Numbered from the stretch's first letter, positions 24,405 through 34,610 are shown. The stretch is DNA of 64,000 nucleotides from Pseudomonadota bacterium (GCA_036832975.1 DAITQM010000007.1:14465-78464); one strand, 5' to 3'. A program made the numbers and translations. Notes: a model not told the origin generated them from the sequence alone.

Positions 24405-25794
24405 GCCGCCGCTCGCCGGGCGGCGCGAAAAACCGGCTGGGCTCGATCACCGGCGCCAAAGCGCCGGCTTGCGGTTTTACGACAAAGTGGATGACCTGCC
24501 GTTCCGCCACCTCGTCGCGCTCCGCCCGCACCGTGACCGGCACCGCCTGCACGGCACCGGCGGCGATCTCGATCCGCGGCCAGGTACGGACGGCAAAACC
24601 ATGCTCGCGGACCCCGATCGTCACTCGCTGCGGCACCGCCGTTTTATTGATCAGGCGGATCGTGTAGATGTTTTCGACGTCGTCGCCGGCCAACCGGTAC
24701 AGCGCGTTGCGGTCGCGGATGACGTCGGCGATCAACGGCGCCCGGCCGCCGAGCAGCAGGCCGAAACCGATGAGCAGGGCAACGAGCAGCGTGAAATAGA
24801 TGACGATACGCGGCCGGACGAGGCGTGTCGGGCGGCCGCTGACGGCGTTTTCGGTGGTGTAACGGATCAGCCCGCGCGGGTAGTTCATTTGCTCCATGAT
24901 CTGGTCGCAGGCGTCGATACAGGCGCCGCAGGCGATGCAGTCGATCTGCAAGCCGTCGCGTATGTCGATGCCGGTCGGGCAGACCTGCACGCACCAGGTG
25001 CAATCGATGCAATCGCCGAGCCCGGCGGCGCGCGGGTCGATACCGCGCCGCCGGCGGCCGCGCGGCTCGCCGCGTCCGTCGTCGTAGGCGATGACCAACG
25101 TATCGCGGTCGAACATGGCGCTCTGGAAGCGGGCGTAGGGGCACATGTATTTGCACACCTGCTCGCGCAGAAAGCCGGCGTTGCCGTAAGTCGCCAGGCC
25201 GTAGAACAGTATCCAGAAGGTTTCCCACGGTCCGGTGCTGAAGGTCAGCACTTTATCGGCCAGCTCGCCGATCGGCGTGAAATAGCCGACGAAGGTAAAA
25301 CCGGTCCATAAGCTGAAGACGATCCACAACGCCTGCTTGGCGCTCTTACGCCCCCACCAGCGAAGGTCGCGCGGCCCCTGGTCGAGTTTGAGGCGTTTTT
25401 GCCGCCGCCCTTCGAGCAAGCGTTCCATCGCCAGAAAGACTTCCGTCCACACCGTCTGCGGGCACGCATAACCGCACCACAGGCGGCCGGCGAGCGCGGT
25501 GAAAAAAAACAAGGAAAGGGCGGCGATGATCAGCGTCACCGTCAGCAACAGAAAATCCTGCGGCCAGAACGTCAGACCGAAGACGTGAAACTTGCGGGCC
25601 GGCAAGTCGAACAACAATAACGGCTCGCCGCCCGGCCGGAGCCAGGCGATGAGGTAGAACAACCCCATCAACAGCCAAGCGGCAGTGGTGCGCAGCCGTG
25701 TAAGACGACCGCCGATTTCGCGCGGGTAGACTTTTTCGCGGCGGGCGTACAGCGCCTCGCCGGCGGGGCCGGCGGCGGCCGGAAGCGGTTTCAT
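24370..25794 (-). CDS. ccoG: Cytochrome c oxidase accessory protein CcoG (4Fe-4S)
   Basis: Two ferredoxin clusters, CIDCTWCVQVCP and CIACGACIDAC. Polytopic N-terminus. Start at MKPLPAA. Confidence 0.85.
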   Translation of the reverse strand: MKPLPAAAGPAGEALYARREKVYPREIGGRLTRLRTTAAWLLMGLFYLIAWLRPGGEPLLLFDLPARKFHVFGLTFWPQDFLLLTVTLIIAALSLFFFTALAGRLWCGYACPQTVWTEVFLAMERLLEGRRQKRLKLDQGPRDLRWWGRKSAKQALWIVFSLWTGFTFVGYFTPIGELADKVLTFSTGPWETFWILFYGLATYGNAGFLREQVCKYMCPYARFQSAMFDRDTLVIAYDDGRGEPRGRRRRGIDPRAAGLGDCIDCTWCVQVCPTGIDIRDGLQIDCIACGACIDACDQIMEQMNYPRGLIRYTTENAVSGRPTRLVRPRIVIYFTLLVALLIGFGLLLGGRAPLIADVIRDRNALYRLAGDDVENIYTIRLINKTAVPQRVTIGVREHGFAVRTWPRIEIAAGAVQAVPVTVRAERDEVAERQVIHFVVKPQAGALAPVIEPSRFFAPPGERRHDDDGEHHDDD

Positions 25795-26081
25795 GAGCGC
25801 CGCCGGAAACGCACCGCCGGGCGGAGCAGCCACCAGGTCAAGGTCGAAGAGACGAGGTTCAGAGCCCAGAAACAGAAAAAGCCGATGGCATAACCGCTTT
25901 GCCGGTCCAGCTCCCATGCCGGATCGATCAGGTGGGCCAGATCGAGCGGGTCGTAAAGGCCGAAAACGACCAACGTACCGAGGCCGGCGGTCAGAAACGA
26001 CGGCCAAAAAATAGCCCCGAGCCGCTGCACCAGCGGCCGGGGCGGGGGCACGAAATCACTGGGTGGCAAGACTTTTGACAT
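25791..26081 (-). CDS. Small membrane protein between ccoP and ccoG, hypothetical
   Basis: Two TM helices (FWPSFLTAGLGTLVVFGL; AIGFFCFWALNLVSSTLTWWLL). Stop overlaps the ccoG start. Own start uncertain. Confidence 0.35.
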   Translation of the reverse strand: MSKVLPPSDFVPPPRPLVQRLGAIFWPSFLTAGLGTLVVFGLYDPLDLAHLIDPAWELDRQSGYAIGFFCFWALNLVSSTLTWWLLRPAVRFRRRS

Positions 26082-26952
26082 AAGCGGCAAGGACATGGAT
26101 CCGCTCGGCGCCCAGGCGGTCGGCGAAGGCCGGCATCTGGTTCGCGCGGCCGGTGCGGACGATGTCGGCGATGGTGGCTTCGGAAGCATCATACAACCAG
26201 ATGCCGTCGGTCAAATTCGGCGCGCCGAGCAGCGGGTTGCCCTTGCCGTCGGCGCCGTGGCAGGCGACACAGAACAGCGCGAACCGGGCCTGCCCGGCGG
26301 CGGCGAGTTCGGGGTCGTGGTCGAGGTCGCTCAGGCTGCGGACATAGGCGGTCACTTCAGCGACGCCGGCATCGCCGAGCGCCGGACCCCAGGGCGGCAT
26401 CAGACCTTGCCGGCCGCCGGTGATCGTCGTCTGAATCGTCGCCGCATCGCCGCCCCACAACCAATCGTCGTCGGCGAGGTTCGGGAAACCGTGCGCGCCG
26501 CGGCCGTCGGAGCCGTGGCATTGGGCGCATTCATTGACGAACAAGTTGTAGCCGGCGGCCAACGCCTGGCTGTCGCTTTGCAGTTCGTCGATCGGACGCG
26601 CCGCGAAGGCCGCGAAAACCGGTCCATAGCGGGCTTCGGCTTGCGCCATTTCACTGTCGTAGCGCGCCGTGCTCGACCAGCCGAGGACGCCGTCGAAGGC
26701 CCCGAGGCCCGGGTACAACACCAGGTAACCGATGCTGAAAAAGACCGTCAGGTAGAACAAAACCATCCACCAGCGCGGCAGCGGGTTGTTGTATTCCCGA
26801 AGATCGCCGTCCCAGACGTGGCCAGTGGTCTTGGTGTCGGCGGCCGGTGTTTTATCGACCCGCATTTTCGCGGTTCGATACAAGAACCACAATGTCGCGA
26901 CGATCGTCAATACGGTCAGCGCGATGATGTAAACGCTCCACAAATCACTCAT
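26056..26952 (-). CDS. ccoP: cbb3-type cytochrome c oxidase subunit III (dihaem)
   Basis: Two CxxCH motifs (CAQCHG, CVACHG) and an N-terminal TM helix. Confidence 0.9.
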   Translation of the reverse strand: MSDLWSVYIIALTVLTIVATLWFLYRTAKMRVDKTPAADTKTTGHVWDGDLREYNNPLPRWWMVLFYLTVFFSIGYLVLYPGLGAFDGVLGWSSTARYDSEMAQAEARYGPVFAAFAARPIDELQSDSQALAAGYNLFVNECAQCHGSDGRGAHGFPNLADDDWLWGGDAATIQTTITGGRQGLMPPWGPALGDAGVAEVTAYVRSLSDLDHDPELAAAGQARFALFCVACHGADGKGNPLLGAPNLTDGIWLYDASEATIADIVRTGRANQMPAFADRLGAERIHVLAAYVKSLATQ

Positions 26953-27133
26953 GGTCCGATGCTCCCAAACGCGCCGTCCGGACCGGTATCACGTCGTCGG
27001 CGAGCGGCAGGCGCGCCGCCTCGTCGAAACGGCGGCGGTCGGCGATAAACCACAGCCAGATCACCATGCCCGCAAACAGCAGGATCAACAAAACGATGAT
27101 CGCGCCGCGCAAGACATCCAGGTTCCACATCAT
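26945..27133 (-). CDS. ccoQ: cbb3-type oxidase subunit CcoQ
   Basis: 62 aa, [34 protein letters not shown]. It is embedded in the longer track ORF 26945..27691. The alternative ORF 26949..27137 is not membrane-like. Confidence 0.7.
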   Translation of the reverse strand: MMWNLDVLRGAIIVLLILLFAGMVIWLWFIADRRRFDEAARLPLADDVIPVRTARLGASDHE

Positions 27134-27738
27134 CCACCCCCCGGGCCGAAGCGGCTCATGCCCTGCAGGTAAGCGATCAACGCCGCCAGCTCGGTCGTTT
27201 CGCCGAGGTGCGCGGCCGCCGCGATGTCGTCGTCGCTGTACGGATCGCCGATGGCGCGCAGGGCGCGCATATGGGCGGCGAGGCGCGCCGGATCGAGCCG
27301 CTGCGCGGCGAGCCAGGGATAACCCGGCATGTTCGATTCGGGAACCACGGAGCGCGGATCGATGAGGTGCGCCCGGTGCCATTCGTCGCTGTAGCGGCCG
27401 CCGACCCGGGCCAGGTCGGGGCCGGTGCGTTTCGACCCCCACTGGAAAGGCCGATCGTAGACCGACTCGCCGGCCACCGAATAAGGCCCGTAGCGTTCGG
27501 TTTCGCTGCGAAACGGCCGAACCTGCTGCGAATGGCAGACATAACAGCCCTCGCGGACATACACATCGCGGCCGGCGAGGCGCAGCGCGTCGTACGGCTT
27601 GACACCCGGCGCCGGCTCGATGACTTGGCTTTGGTACATCAACGGGACGATTTCGACCAGACCGCCGAAGCTGATGACGACGACGATCCAAAAGGCCATC
27701 CAGCCGACGTGTTTTTCGATGAACTCATGCGCTTTCAT
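27130..27738 (-). CDS. ccoO: cbb3-type oxidase subunit II (monohaem)
   Basis: CYVCHSQ haem motif and an N-terminal TM helix. Confidence 0.9.
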   Translation of the reverse strand: MKAHEFIEKHVGWMAFWIVVVISFGGLVEIVPLMYQSQVIEPAPGVKPYDALRLAGRDVYVREGCYVCHSQQVRPFRSETERYGPYSVAGESVYDRPFQWGSKRTGPDLARVGGRYSDEWHRAHLIDPRSVVPESNMPGYPWLAAQRLDPARLAAHMRALRAIGDPYSDDDIAAAAHLGETTELAALIAYLQGMSRFGPGGG

Positions 27739-27750
27739 CAGTTCGACTCC

Positions 27751-29175
27751 TCAAGCGGCGACTGGGGCTGGTACGGCGTAGCGCGCCGGAGCTTCGGCCT
27801 GCCGGCGCGTCAACCACAGATTCCAGGCCATGATGAGCATACCGGCGAGGAACAAAAGCCCGCCGAGCAGCCTGACGTAATAGAACGGGTAGGTCTGCTT
27901 CAGCGATTCGATGAAGCTGTAAGTCAGCGTTCCGTCGGCGTTGACGGCGCGCCACATCAGCCCCTGCATCACGCCGGCGATCCACATCGCGGTGATATAC
28001 AGCACGACGCCGATCGTCGAGGTCCAGAAATGCCACTCGACGAGCCGCGTGCTGGCCATTCTTTCCAGCCCATAAAGCCTGGGGAACAGCGAATACACTG
28101 CGCCGATCGTGATGAACGCCACCCAACCGAGCGCCCCGGAGTGGACGTGGCCGATCGTCCAGTCGGTGTAGTGCGACAAGGCGTTGACCGTCTTGATCGA
28201 CATCATCGGCCCTTCGAACGTGGACATGCCGTAAAACGACAGCGAGACGATCATGAAACGCAGGATCGGGTCGGAACGCAATTTGTCCCACGCTCCCGAC
28301 AACGTCATGAGGCCGTTGATCATGCCGCCCCACGACGGGGCGAGCAGCATCAGCGAAAAAACCATGCCGAGCGACTGCACCCAGTCGGGCAGTGAGGTGT
28401 AATGCAGGTGATGCGGCCCAGCCCACATATAAATCGCGATCAGCGCCCAGAAGTGGACCACCGACAGGCGGTAGGAATAAATCGGCCGGCCGGCCTGCTT
28501 GGGCACGAAGTAATACATCATGCCGAGGAAGCCGGCGGTCAGGAAGAAGCCGACGGCGTTGTGGCCGTACCACCACTGGACCATCGCATCGACGGCGCCG
28601 GAATACAGCGGATACGATTTCCATAACCCGGCCGGCACCGCCAGGTTGTTGACGATGTGCAGCACTGCGATGGTCAGGATGTAAGCGCCGAAAAACCAGT
28701 TGGCGACGTAGATGTGGGCGATCTTGCGCTTGGCGATGGTGCCGAAGAAAACGACGGCGTAAGCCACCCAGACGACGGCGATCAGAAGGTCGATCGGCCA
28801 TTCCGCTTCGGCGTACTCCTTGCTCTGCGTGATGCCGAGCGGTAAGGTCACGGCGACCAGCACGATCACCGCCTGCCAGCCCCAGAACGTGAACGACGCC
28901 AGGCGCGGTAGAAACAGCGCCGTATGGCAGGTGCGCTGTACCACCCAGTACGAAGCGGCGAACAGCGCTGAACCGCCGAAAGCGAAAATCACCGCGTTGG
29001 TGTGCAGCGGCCGAAGCCGGCTGTAGGTCAGCCACGGGATATCGAAATTGAGCGCCGGCCAAGCCAGTTGCGCCGCGATCAGCGCCCCGACCGCCATGCC
29101 GACGATGCCCCAGACCACGGTCATCACCGTGAACTGGCGGATCACTTTGTCATGATAGATGGATGAATCGGCCAC
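27751..29175 (-). CDS. ccoN: cbb3-type oxidase subunit I
   Basis: Polytopic haem-copper oxidase. The GTG at 29175 is preceded by AGGAGG at a 7-nt spacing. The ATG at 29205 lies too close to the Anr box. Confidence 0.9.
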   Translation of the reverse strand: MADSSIYHDKVIRQFTVMTVVWGIVGMAVGALIAAQLAWPALNFDIPWLTYSRLRPLHTNAVIFAFGGSALFAASYWVVQRTCHTALFLPRLASFTFWGWQAVIVLVAVTLPLGITQSKEYAEAEWPIDLLIAVVWVAYAVVFFGTIAKRKIAHIYVANWFFGAYILTIAVLHIVNNLAVPAGLWKSYPLYSGAVDAMVQWWYGHNAVGFFLTAGFLGMMYYFVPKQAGRPIYSYRLSVVHFWALIAIYMWAGPHHLHYTSLPDWVQSLGMVFSLMLLAPSWGGMINGLMTLSGAWDKLRSDPILRFMIVSLSFYGMSTFEGPMMSIKTVNALSHYTDWTIGHVHSGALGWVAFITIGAVYSLFPRLYGLERMASTRLVEWHFWTSTIGVVLYITAMWIAGVMQGLMWRAVNADGTLTYSFIESLKQTYPFYYVRLLGGLLFLAGMLIMAWNLWLTRRQAEAPARYAVPAPVAA

Positions 29176-29231
29176 GAGCCGCCCTCCTGCGGAAAGTCGG
29201 CGCATTATCGCCGCCTGCCGCGGCGCTGAAC

Positions 29232-29245
29232 TTGACTTTGATCAA
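29232..29245. promoter_or_regulatory. Anr/FNR-type box TTGAC-TTTG-ATCAA upstream of ccoN
   Basis: A 9/10 match to TTGAT-N4-ATCAA. Its centre lies about 63 nt upstream of the GTG at 29175, compatible with a class II site at -41.5. Confidence 0.7.
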
Positions 29246-29458
29246 ATGCCGCCCGGCGAAGATGACTGCCGCCCCAATCGGGTGGACTCGAACCGCGGTG
29301 TCATCAAACGGTCACCGCCGGCAGCGAAGCTGGGCCGGGGTGCCGGCAGTCTGGCGCAAGGATTGCATTTCGCCGGATTTCATGGCCAAATGTACGGGCC
29401 CGGAGTGAGTCGGGTGGCGCGCCGCCGGCGCGCCGCAGTCGAGTGGGCAGGTAAATCG

Positions 29459-30073
29459 ATGATGCCGAATCTGAATCAACTGGTCTTACGCACCGATGCC
29501 GCCGGCATGCCGCTGGAATGGATCAACCACCAGCAGGCGGTGCACATGATCGCCCTCGAGAGGGTGTCGTACGCGCTCGGCTCGGTGATTTACACGCTGC
29601 ACGGCGGCATCAATGCCAAAAGCGGCCGGCAGAGCCGGATCGACGTCAACGCCATCCTCGCCTCGAGCGGCCAGCACAAGACCGAGCAACTGTGGGCCGA
29701 CGATTATGTTCCGCCGCTGTCGAACCGGGCGCTGTTCCGCCGCGACCAGAATCTGTGTCTGTATTGCGGTGAGCAGTTCCCCGATTCGCTCCTCTCGCGG
29801 GACCACGTCGAGCCGCTCAGCCGCGGCGGTGGCGACCGCTGGTCGAACGTTGTCACCGCCTGCAAGCGGTGCAACAACCACAAGGCCGGACGTACGCCCG
29901 AGCAGGCCGGCATGCAGTTGCTCGCCGTGCCGTTCGTACCGACCCACGCCGAATACGTCTACCTCCAGGGCCGGCGCATCCTCGCCGACCAGATGGACTT
30001 TCTGCTCGCCCATTTCCCGCGTCACAGCGTGCTGCGCCTGCGCGTCGAGAAGGGCGGCAGCCTGTTGCACTGA
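29459..30073 (+). CDS. HNH endonuclease family protein
   Basis: CLYCG...RDHVEPLSRGGGDRWSNVVTACKRCNNHK (HNH/zinc-finger motif). Start at MMPNL; the upstream part of the track ORF is a shadow. Confidence 0.8.
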   Translation: MMPNLNQLVLRTDAAGMPLEWINHQQAVHMIALERVSYALGSVIYTLHGGINAKSGRQSRIDVNAILASSGQHKTEQLWADDYVPPLSNRALFRRDQNLCLYCGEQFPDSLLSRDHVEPLSRGGGDRWSNVVTACKRCNNHKAGRTPEQAGMQLLAVPFVPTHAEYVYLQGRRILADQMDFLLAHFPRHSVLRLRVEKGGSLLH

Positions 30074-30089
30074 TCCCTCGGCCGCTGCG

Positions 30090-30980
30090 GTGAATCCGGC
30101 GGCCTGCTGTTATCTGGTCGACGCCAGCGTCTATATCTTCCGCGCCTGGTTTTCGCTGCCGCCCGAACTCAGCGATCCGGCCGGCCGGCCGACCAACGCG
30201 CTGTACGGTTTCGCCGGCTTTTTGTGCGCGCTGCTCGAAGAAACCTCGGCCGAACGGATTGCCCTGGCCTTCGATAGCGCCTCCCGCGGGAATTTCCGCA
30301 ACGCGTTGTATCCCGCATACAAAGCCAACCGCGCGCCGACCCCCGATGAACTGAAAGTCCAGTTTCCCTGGTGCCGTGAACTGGCCGAGGCACTGGGGCT
30401 GGCCTGCCACAGCCACCCGCGGTATGAAGCCGACGACCTCATCGGCACGTTGGCCAAGACCGCTCGCGGCAGCGGGGCGCGGGTTGTTGTGGTCAGCAGC
30501 GACAAGGATCTTTGCCAGGTGCTCGCCGCCGGCGATCACTGGTGGGATCACGCCCGCCAAGTCCGCCTCGACCCGGCCCGCGTGCAGGATAAATTCGGTG
30601 TGCCGCCGGCCTGGATCGCGGATTTTTTGGCCCTCACCGGCGACAGCGTGGACAACATCCCCGGTATACCCGGTATCGGCCGCAAGACCGCGGCACGGCT
30701 TTTACACCTGTTCGACGGTTGGGACGGGTTGTGGCAAAACCTCGACCGCGTGCCGAAAGCAAAACTGCGCGGCGCAGCCGCGATCGCCGAGCGGCTGGCC
30801 GCCGGCCGGCCGCAAGCCGAACTGGCCCGCCGCCTGACCCACCTCGAAACCGCGGTCGACGGCCTCGACCACGCCCAGGCGATCCGCCGAGGCGCCGCCG
30901 ACCGCGCGCGGCTGACCTTGTTGATCGAACGTTTCGGATTCGGTCCGACCCTCAGCCGCCGGCTGCTCGGCTTGGCGTGA
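30090..30980 (+). CDS. 5'-3' exonuclease / flap endonuclease (PolI N-terminal-like)
   Basis: YLVDASVYIFRAWF, YKANRAP, YEADDLIGTLA, SSDKDL and LTGDSVDNIPGIPGIGRKTA motifs. In-frame GTG at 30090. The track ORF from 29613 overlaps the HNH gene out of frame. Confidence 0.8.
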   Translation: MNPAACCYLVDASVYIFRAWFSLPPELSDPAGRPTNALYGFAGFLCALLEETSAERIALAFDSASRGNFRNALYPAYKANRAPTPDELKVQFPWCRELAEALGLACHSHPRYEADDLIGTLAKTARGSGARVVVVSSDKDLCQVLAAGDHWWDHARQVRLDPARVQDKFGVPPAWIADFLALTGDSVDNIPGIPGIGRKTAARLLHLFDGWDGLWQNLDRVPKAKLRGAAAIAERLAAGRPQAELARRLTHLETAVDGLDHAQAIRRGAADRARLTLLIERFGFGPTLSRRLLGLA

Positions 30981-31001
30981 AATCACGCGCCTCCGTAGAG
31001 G

Positions 31002-32444
31002 TTAACGCACCGCAGTGGACAGCGGTTCGAGCGCACCGGCGGCGGCGAGGTCGATCTTCATCACCGGCACCGGATCGAGCGCCGTGCCGGGGCGGCGCCG
31101 GCCGTCGATGTCGTATGCACTCCAATGGTTGGCGGCGAGAAAATAAAAGCCGCCGTCATCGGCCAACGTTCCGAAGGTCGGACCGCGGAACTCGGGCAGC
31201 GCCGCGGCCAGCGGCAGGGCGGTTCGCACGGCCTTGCCGCTATCGTCCAGACGCAAGGCCATCACCCGCTCCGGCTCGATGCCGTTTTGCACGATCAAAA
31301 GGCCGCCAGGGTAGCGGCTCAGGCCCTCGATGCCGCCGAGATTGATATTGTCGGCAAGCCCAGGGCGGAACAAGCGCTGTTCGGCGTCCGACCAGAAAGC
31401 GAATCCCATTTCGCGATCGGCGATGTACAAAAGGCCGCGCTCGTCGTCGACGGCCAGGCCGCGGATGTTCGTCAATTGCCCGCTGCCGGCCAGCATCGTC
31501 AACTGGTCGGCACCCGCCTTGAGGACATGCACCACCGGTTGGCGCAAATCGGCGACATAGACCGTGCCGTCGGCGGCCAACGCCAGGTTGGCCAGTCCGT
31601 GGCGATTGCCGTCGGGGGCCAGCCGGTATTCGCCGCGCGCTTGGCCGCTGTCCAGATCGAAAGCGAGCAGTGCCGATTGCCCGAAGTCGCTGTTTTTGTA
31701 ACCGACGTGCTGGCCGAGGGCGCTGGTGCTGGCCCACAGGATGCGGCGTTCGGCATCGACCGCCAGGCCGAGCACCGACCAGCGGCCGTCGTAAGCGAAC
31801 GGCGGCGGCTGGGCGGCCGGTTTGCCGTCGCGGCCCAGCCGGACGATTTTGCCTTCCCGCACAGTGCCGACAATGAACTGCTCGTGGCGCGGATCCCAGA
31901 CGATCGCTTCGGGCATCAAGAGATTTTCCGGCAGCGTAAATGCCACTTCGGCGCCGTTGTTGTACGGTTCGAGGGCGCCTTTCAGCAAGACATTGATGTG
32001 ACTGTAAACCTCGGTGCCGCGGATGTTCTCGACCTCGGGGATGGCGTCGAAATCGACTCCCAGGCCCTGCTGCTGCATGTTCAGCATCGTCGTATAGGCT
32101 TGCGGTTTGTCGTCGAGCAACGCATTGCCGACAACGAGTTGGATCATGACTTCCTGGTCGAAAGGTCTCAGGTTCAGATGATGCCGCCGGATACGGACGA
32201 ATTCTTTGTAGTCCTTGGCCTCGAAGGCCGTTTGCGCCAGGCGGTCGAGCAACAGCGGCTGGTCGGGCAGGCGGGCTGGTGGCGGGGCCGGCGGCTTGCC
32301 GGCGGGCTGGGCGGCATCGTGTGAGGCGCTTTGGGCCGGTGCCGGCGGGGTATCCGCGGCTTGTTGCGCGCCGGCGAACGGCACATGAGCCGCGACCGCC
32401 GCCAGCCAAATCAGCAGCGGCCGGGATAAACTGGATACTTTCAT
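31002..32444 (-). CDS. Secreted protein with beta-propeller-like C-terminal region, hypothetical
   Basis: Signal peptide MKVSSLSRPLLIWLAAVAAHVPFAGA. Pro/Ala linker. Repeated strand-rich units. Confidence 0.55.
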   Translation of the reverse strand: MKVSSLSRPLLIWLAAVAAHVPFAGAQQAADTPPAPAQSASHDAAQPAGKPPAPPPARLPDQPLLLDRLAQTAFEAKDYKEFVRIRRHHLNLRPFDQEVMIQLVVGNALLDDKPQAYTTMLNMQQQGLGVDFDAIPEVENIRGTEVYSHINVLLKGALEPYNNGAEVAFTLPENLLMPEAIVWDPRHEQFIVGTVREGKIVRLGRDGKPAAQPPPFAYDGRWSVLGLAVDAERRILWASTSALGQHVGYKNSDFGQSALLAFDLDSGQARGEYRLAPDGNRHGLANLALAADGTVYVADLRQPVVHVLKAGADQLTMLAGSGQLTNIRGLAVDDERGLLYIADREMGFAFWSDAEQRLFRPGLADNINLGGIEGLSRYPGGLLIVQNGIEPERVMALRLDDSGKAVRTALPLAAALPEFRGPTFGTLADDGGFYFLAANHWSAYDIDGRRRPGTALDPVPVMKIDLAAAGALEPLSTAVR

Positions 32445-32543
32445 CAATTCCAACCTTTGGGTGTTGTCGGCGGGGCGGCAGTTTAACCGGAATTGCGGTG
32501 GACCGACCGGTCCGCCTCGCCCCGCTAGTCATCGAGGTACAGC

Positions 32544-33080
32544 ATGGACCTGATCGCCGCCGGAAAATTCCTCAAGCTTGTTCGTCAAGGCCACTGGGAA
32601 TACGCCACCCGGCCGGGCGGTCGTGAAGTGGCGGTGATCGTCGCCGTGACCGCCGACCGCCGGCTGTTGCTCGTCGAACAGGCGCGCATCCCCTTGGGCT
32701 GCAATGTCCTCGAGTTGCCGGCCGGGCTGATCGGCGACCATGCGGCATACGCCGATGAGGCGGCGAGCGACGCCGCGCAGCGCGAGTTGGAAGAAGAAAC
32801 GGGGTACCGGGCCGGCCGCCTGACCGAATTGATGCGTTGCCCGACGAGTGCCGGACTGACCGACGAGACCGCGGTGTTTTTTCGTGCCGAAGCGCTAATG
32901 AAGGTCGGCCCCGGCGGCGGCGATCCGAGCGAACAGATCACCGTCCACGCCGTGCCGCTCGCCGGCATCGACCGCTGGCTGCTCGACCGCCAAAGCCAGG
33001 GCGTGGCGCTCGACCCGAAGATCTATACCGCGCTTTACTGGCTGGATCACCCGCCGGATGCCAGCGGTCCGTTTTCCTGA
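32544..33080 (+). CDS. NUDIX hydrolase (ADP-ribose pyrophosphatase-like)
   Basis: Nudix box with GLIGD...AAQRELEEETGY. Confidence 0.8.
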   Translation: MDLIAAGKFLKLVRQGHWEYATRPGGREVAVIVAVTADRRLLLVEQARIPLGCNVLELPAGLIGDHAAYADEAASDAAQRELEEETGYRAGRLTELMRCPTSAGLTDETAVFFRAEALMKVGPGGGDPSEQITVHAVPLAGIDRWLLDRQSQGVALDPKIYTALYWLDHPPDASGPFS

Positions 33081-33736
33081 TCGGCGCCCAGCAGCGCAGC
33101 CAGACGAGCGAATTCCGCCGGCCACTTCGCCGGCTCATGGCCGACCACGCCGAGCAGCGGGGCGGCCAGCGCCGCTTGTAATGTCGCGATATTGTCCGCG
33201 GCACGCTCCATGCCCGGCGGCAGATGGTTGGCGACCCAGCCACGCAGGCGAAGGCCGTCGGCGGCGATGGCCCGGGCAGTCAGCAAGGTGTGGTTCAGGC
33301 AACCGAGGCGCAGGCCGGCGACCAAAATCACCTCGGTGCCGATCGCGCGCACCAGATCGCTCAGCATCGACCCGCCGCCCAACGGCACCATCCAGCCGCC
33401 GACCCCCTCGACCACGACCACTTCGGCCTTGATCTGCAATATCCCCGCCGCCAGCGCCGTGCCGTCGATGCGCACCCCGGCCTCGCGCGCCGCCAGGTGC
33501 GGCGCGATCGGCGGTGCGAAACGGCAGGGGTTGACCGCCGCCACCGGCAACGCGACATTGGCCGCCGCCGCCAGCGCCTTGGCATCGGCGTTGAGACCAT
33601 CGTCATCCAGGCCACTGGCGATCGGCTTGCAGGCCGCGACGCGCCGGCCGCGCGCCGCAAAGGCTGCGGTCAGTCCGGCCGCGACGTGGGTTTTGCCGCA
33701 GCCGGTGTCGGTACCGGTGATGAAATAGATCGCCAT
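33047..33736 (-). CDS. bioD: Dethiobiotin synthetase
   Basis: MAIYFITGTDTGCGKTHV P-loop. Operon context. Confidence 0.85.
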   Translation of the reverse strand: MAIYFITGTDTGCGKTHVAAGLTAAFAARGRRVAACKPIASGLDDDGLNADAKALAAAANVALPVAAVNPCRFAPPIAPHLAAREAGVRIDGTALAAGILQIKAEVVVVEGVGGWMVPLGGGSMLSDLVRAIGTEVILVAGLRLGCLNHTLLTARAIAADGLRLRGWVANHLPPGMERAADNIATLQAALAAPLLGVVGHEPAKWPAEFARLAALLGADQENGPLASGG

Positions 33737-33752
33737 GTTGCAACGATTGGGT

Positions 33753-34610
33753 TTACATCGGTCTCCGGTGGCGCAGTTCGGCAAGCGGGATCACGTCCCC
33801 GGCCTTCGCTGGCCCATTAGCCGCAGGCGCGAAAGCGGCCCCTATGATCGCCTCCCAGGTCACCGGCAGGCCGTGTTCGGTGCGTTCGCACTCATAAGCT
33901 TGGCGCATCCGGCCATACGCCGCCTTGCCGGTCAGACCGCGACGCCGGGCGTGATCGGCGTTGCCGGCGCCGATGGCGCGCAGGCCGCGCATCACGGTTT
34001 CCACGTCCGGTTCGTACACTTCCAGCCGTTCACTGCCGAGCACCGGATTTTTGAAACCCGCCGCGACCAGCCGGTCGCCGATCTCATGCAGATCGACGAA
34101 ATCATGGACGTGCACCGCTTCGTCGGCTGCCCGCCAGGCGCGCCGCAGTTCGTGCAGCGTCGCCGGGCCGAACGTCGAAAACAACACTGCGCCGCCCGGC
34201 CGGAGGATCCGCCGCCATTCGGCAAAGACGGTATCCCCTGGCGCGCTCCACTGCACGGCCAAGTTGCTGACCAATAAATCGATGCTGCCGTCCCGGAACG
34301 GCGTGACCGCCAGATCGCCACACAGCAGGCCGAAAGTGCGATACCAGTGGCGATGGTGGCGGGCGGCGGCGAGCATCGCCGGCGCGATATCCAGCCCGCT
34401 GACCGCGGCGCGCGGCCAGCGGCGCTTCAGTTCGGCGGTCAACCGCCCGCTGCCGCAGCCGAGATCGGCGATCCACCGCGGTGCCAGAGATTCGGCCTGC
34501 GGCAGGTCGAGCAGACGGCCGGCGACTTCCCGTTGCAGCCAGGCGTGGCGTTCGTAATGCGGCGCCGCGCGGTCGAATCCACGGCGGAGCGCGGTCCGTT
34601 CCAGGGTCAT
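33753..34610 (-). CDS. bioC: Malonyl-ACP O-methyltransferase
   Basis: SAM motif IADLGCGSG. Lies between bioH and bioD. Confidence 0.8.
   Translation of the reverse strand: MTLERTALRRGFDRAAPHYERHAWLQREVAGRLLDLPQAESLAPRWIADLGCGSGRLTAELKRRWPRAAVSGLDIAPAMLAAARHHRHWYRTFGLLCGDLAVTPFRDGSIDLLVSNLAVQWSAPGDTVFAEWRRILRPGGAVLFSTFGPATLHELRRAWRAADEAVHVHDFVDLHEIGDRLVAAGFKNPVLGSERLEVYEPDVETVMRGLRAIGAGNADHARRRGLTGKAAYGRMRQAYECERTEHGLPVTWEAIIGAAFAPAANGPAKAGDVIPLAELRHRRPM

Noticed and set aside
26949-27137. Track ORF 26949..27137 (-), considered as the ccoQ candidate.
   Set aside because: Its translation is not hydrophobic. The overlapping frame from ATG 27133 gives a canonical single-TM CcoQ ([22 protein letters not shown]...).
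27208-29062. Long ORFs antisense or out of frame to ccoO/ccoN (27208..28395 +, 27725..29062 -). Similar shadows lie over other core genes, for example 2082..3032, 4509..5936, 24079..25311, 31125..32324, 31240..32532, 35950..36858, 44235..45704, 52844..54142 and 60921..61793.
   Set aside because: Their products are Arg/Ala/Pro/Gly-rich with no motifs. The partner frame encodes a clearly recognisable conserved protein. They are typical stop-codon-poor shadows in high-G+C DNA.
29613-30089. N-terminal 159 codons of the track ORF 29613..30980, and the 29159..29458 extension of the HNH ORF.
   Set aside because: They are Arg/Pro/Ser-rich, which is typical of out-of-frame high-G+C translation. One overlaps the HNH gene. 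Conserved exonuclease and HNH motifs begin downstream.
33745-33757. GGTTTACA half-site in the bioC-bioD junction (and at 6431-6440), considered as a BirA operator.
   Set aside because: Only one half-site is present and no partner lies at N14-16. The sequence is better explained as a solo copy of the MITE-like terminal repeat (aacccaatNgttgca). The full inverted repeat at 37605-37636 is the better operator candidate.
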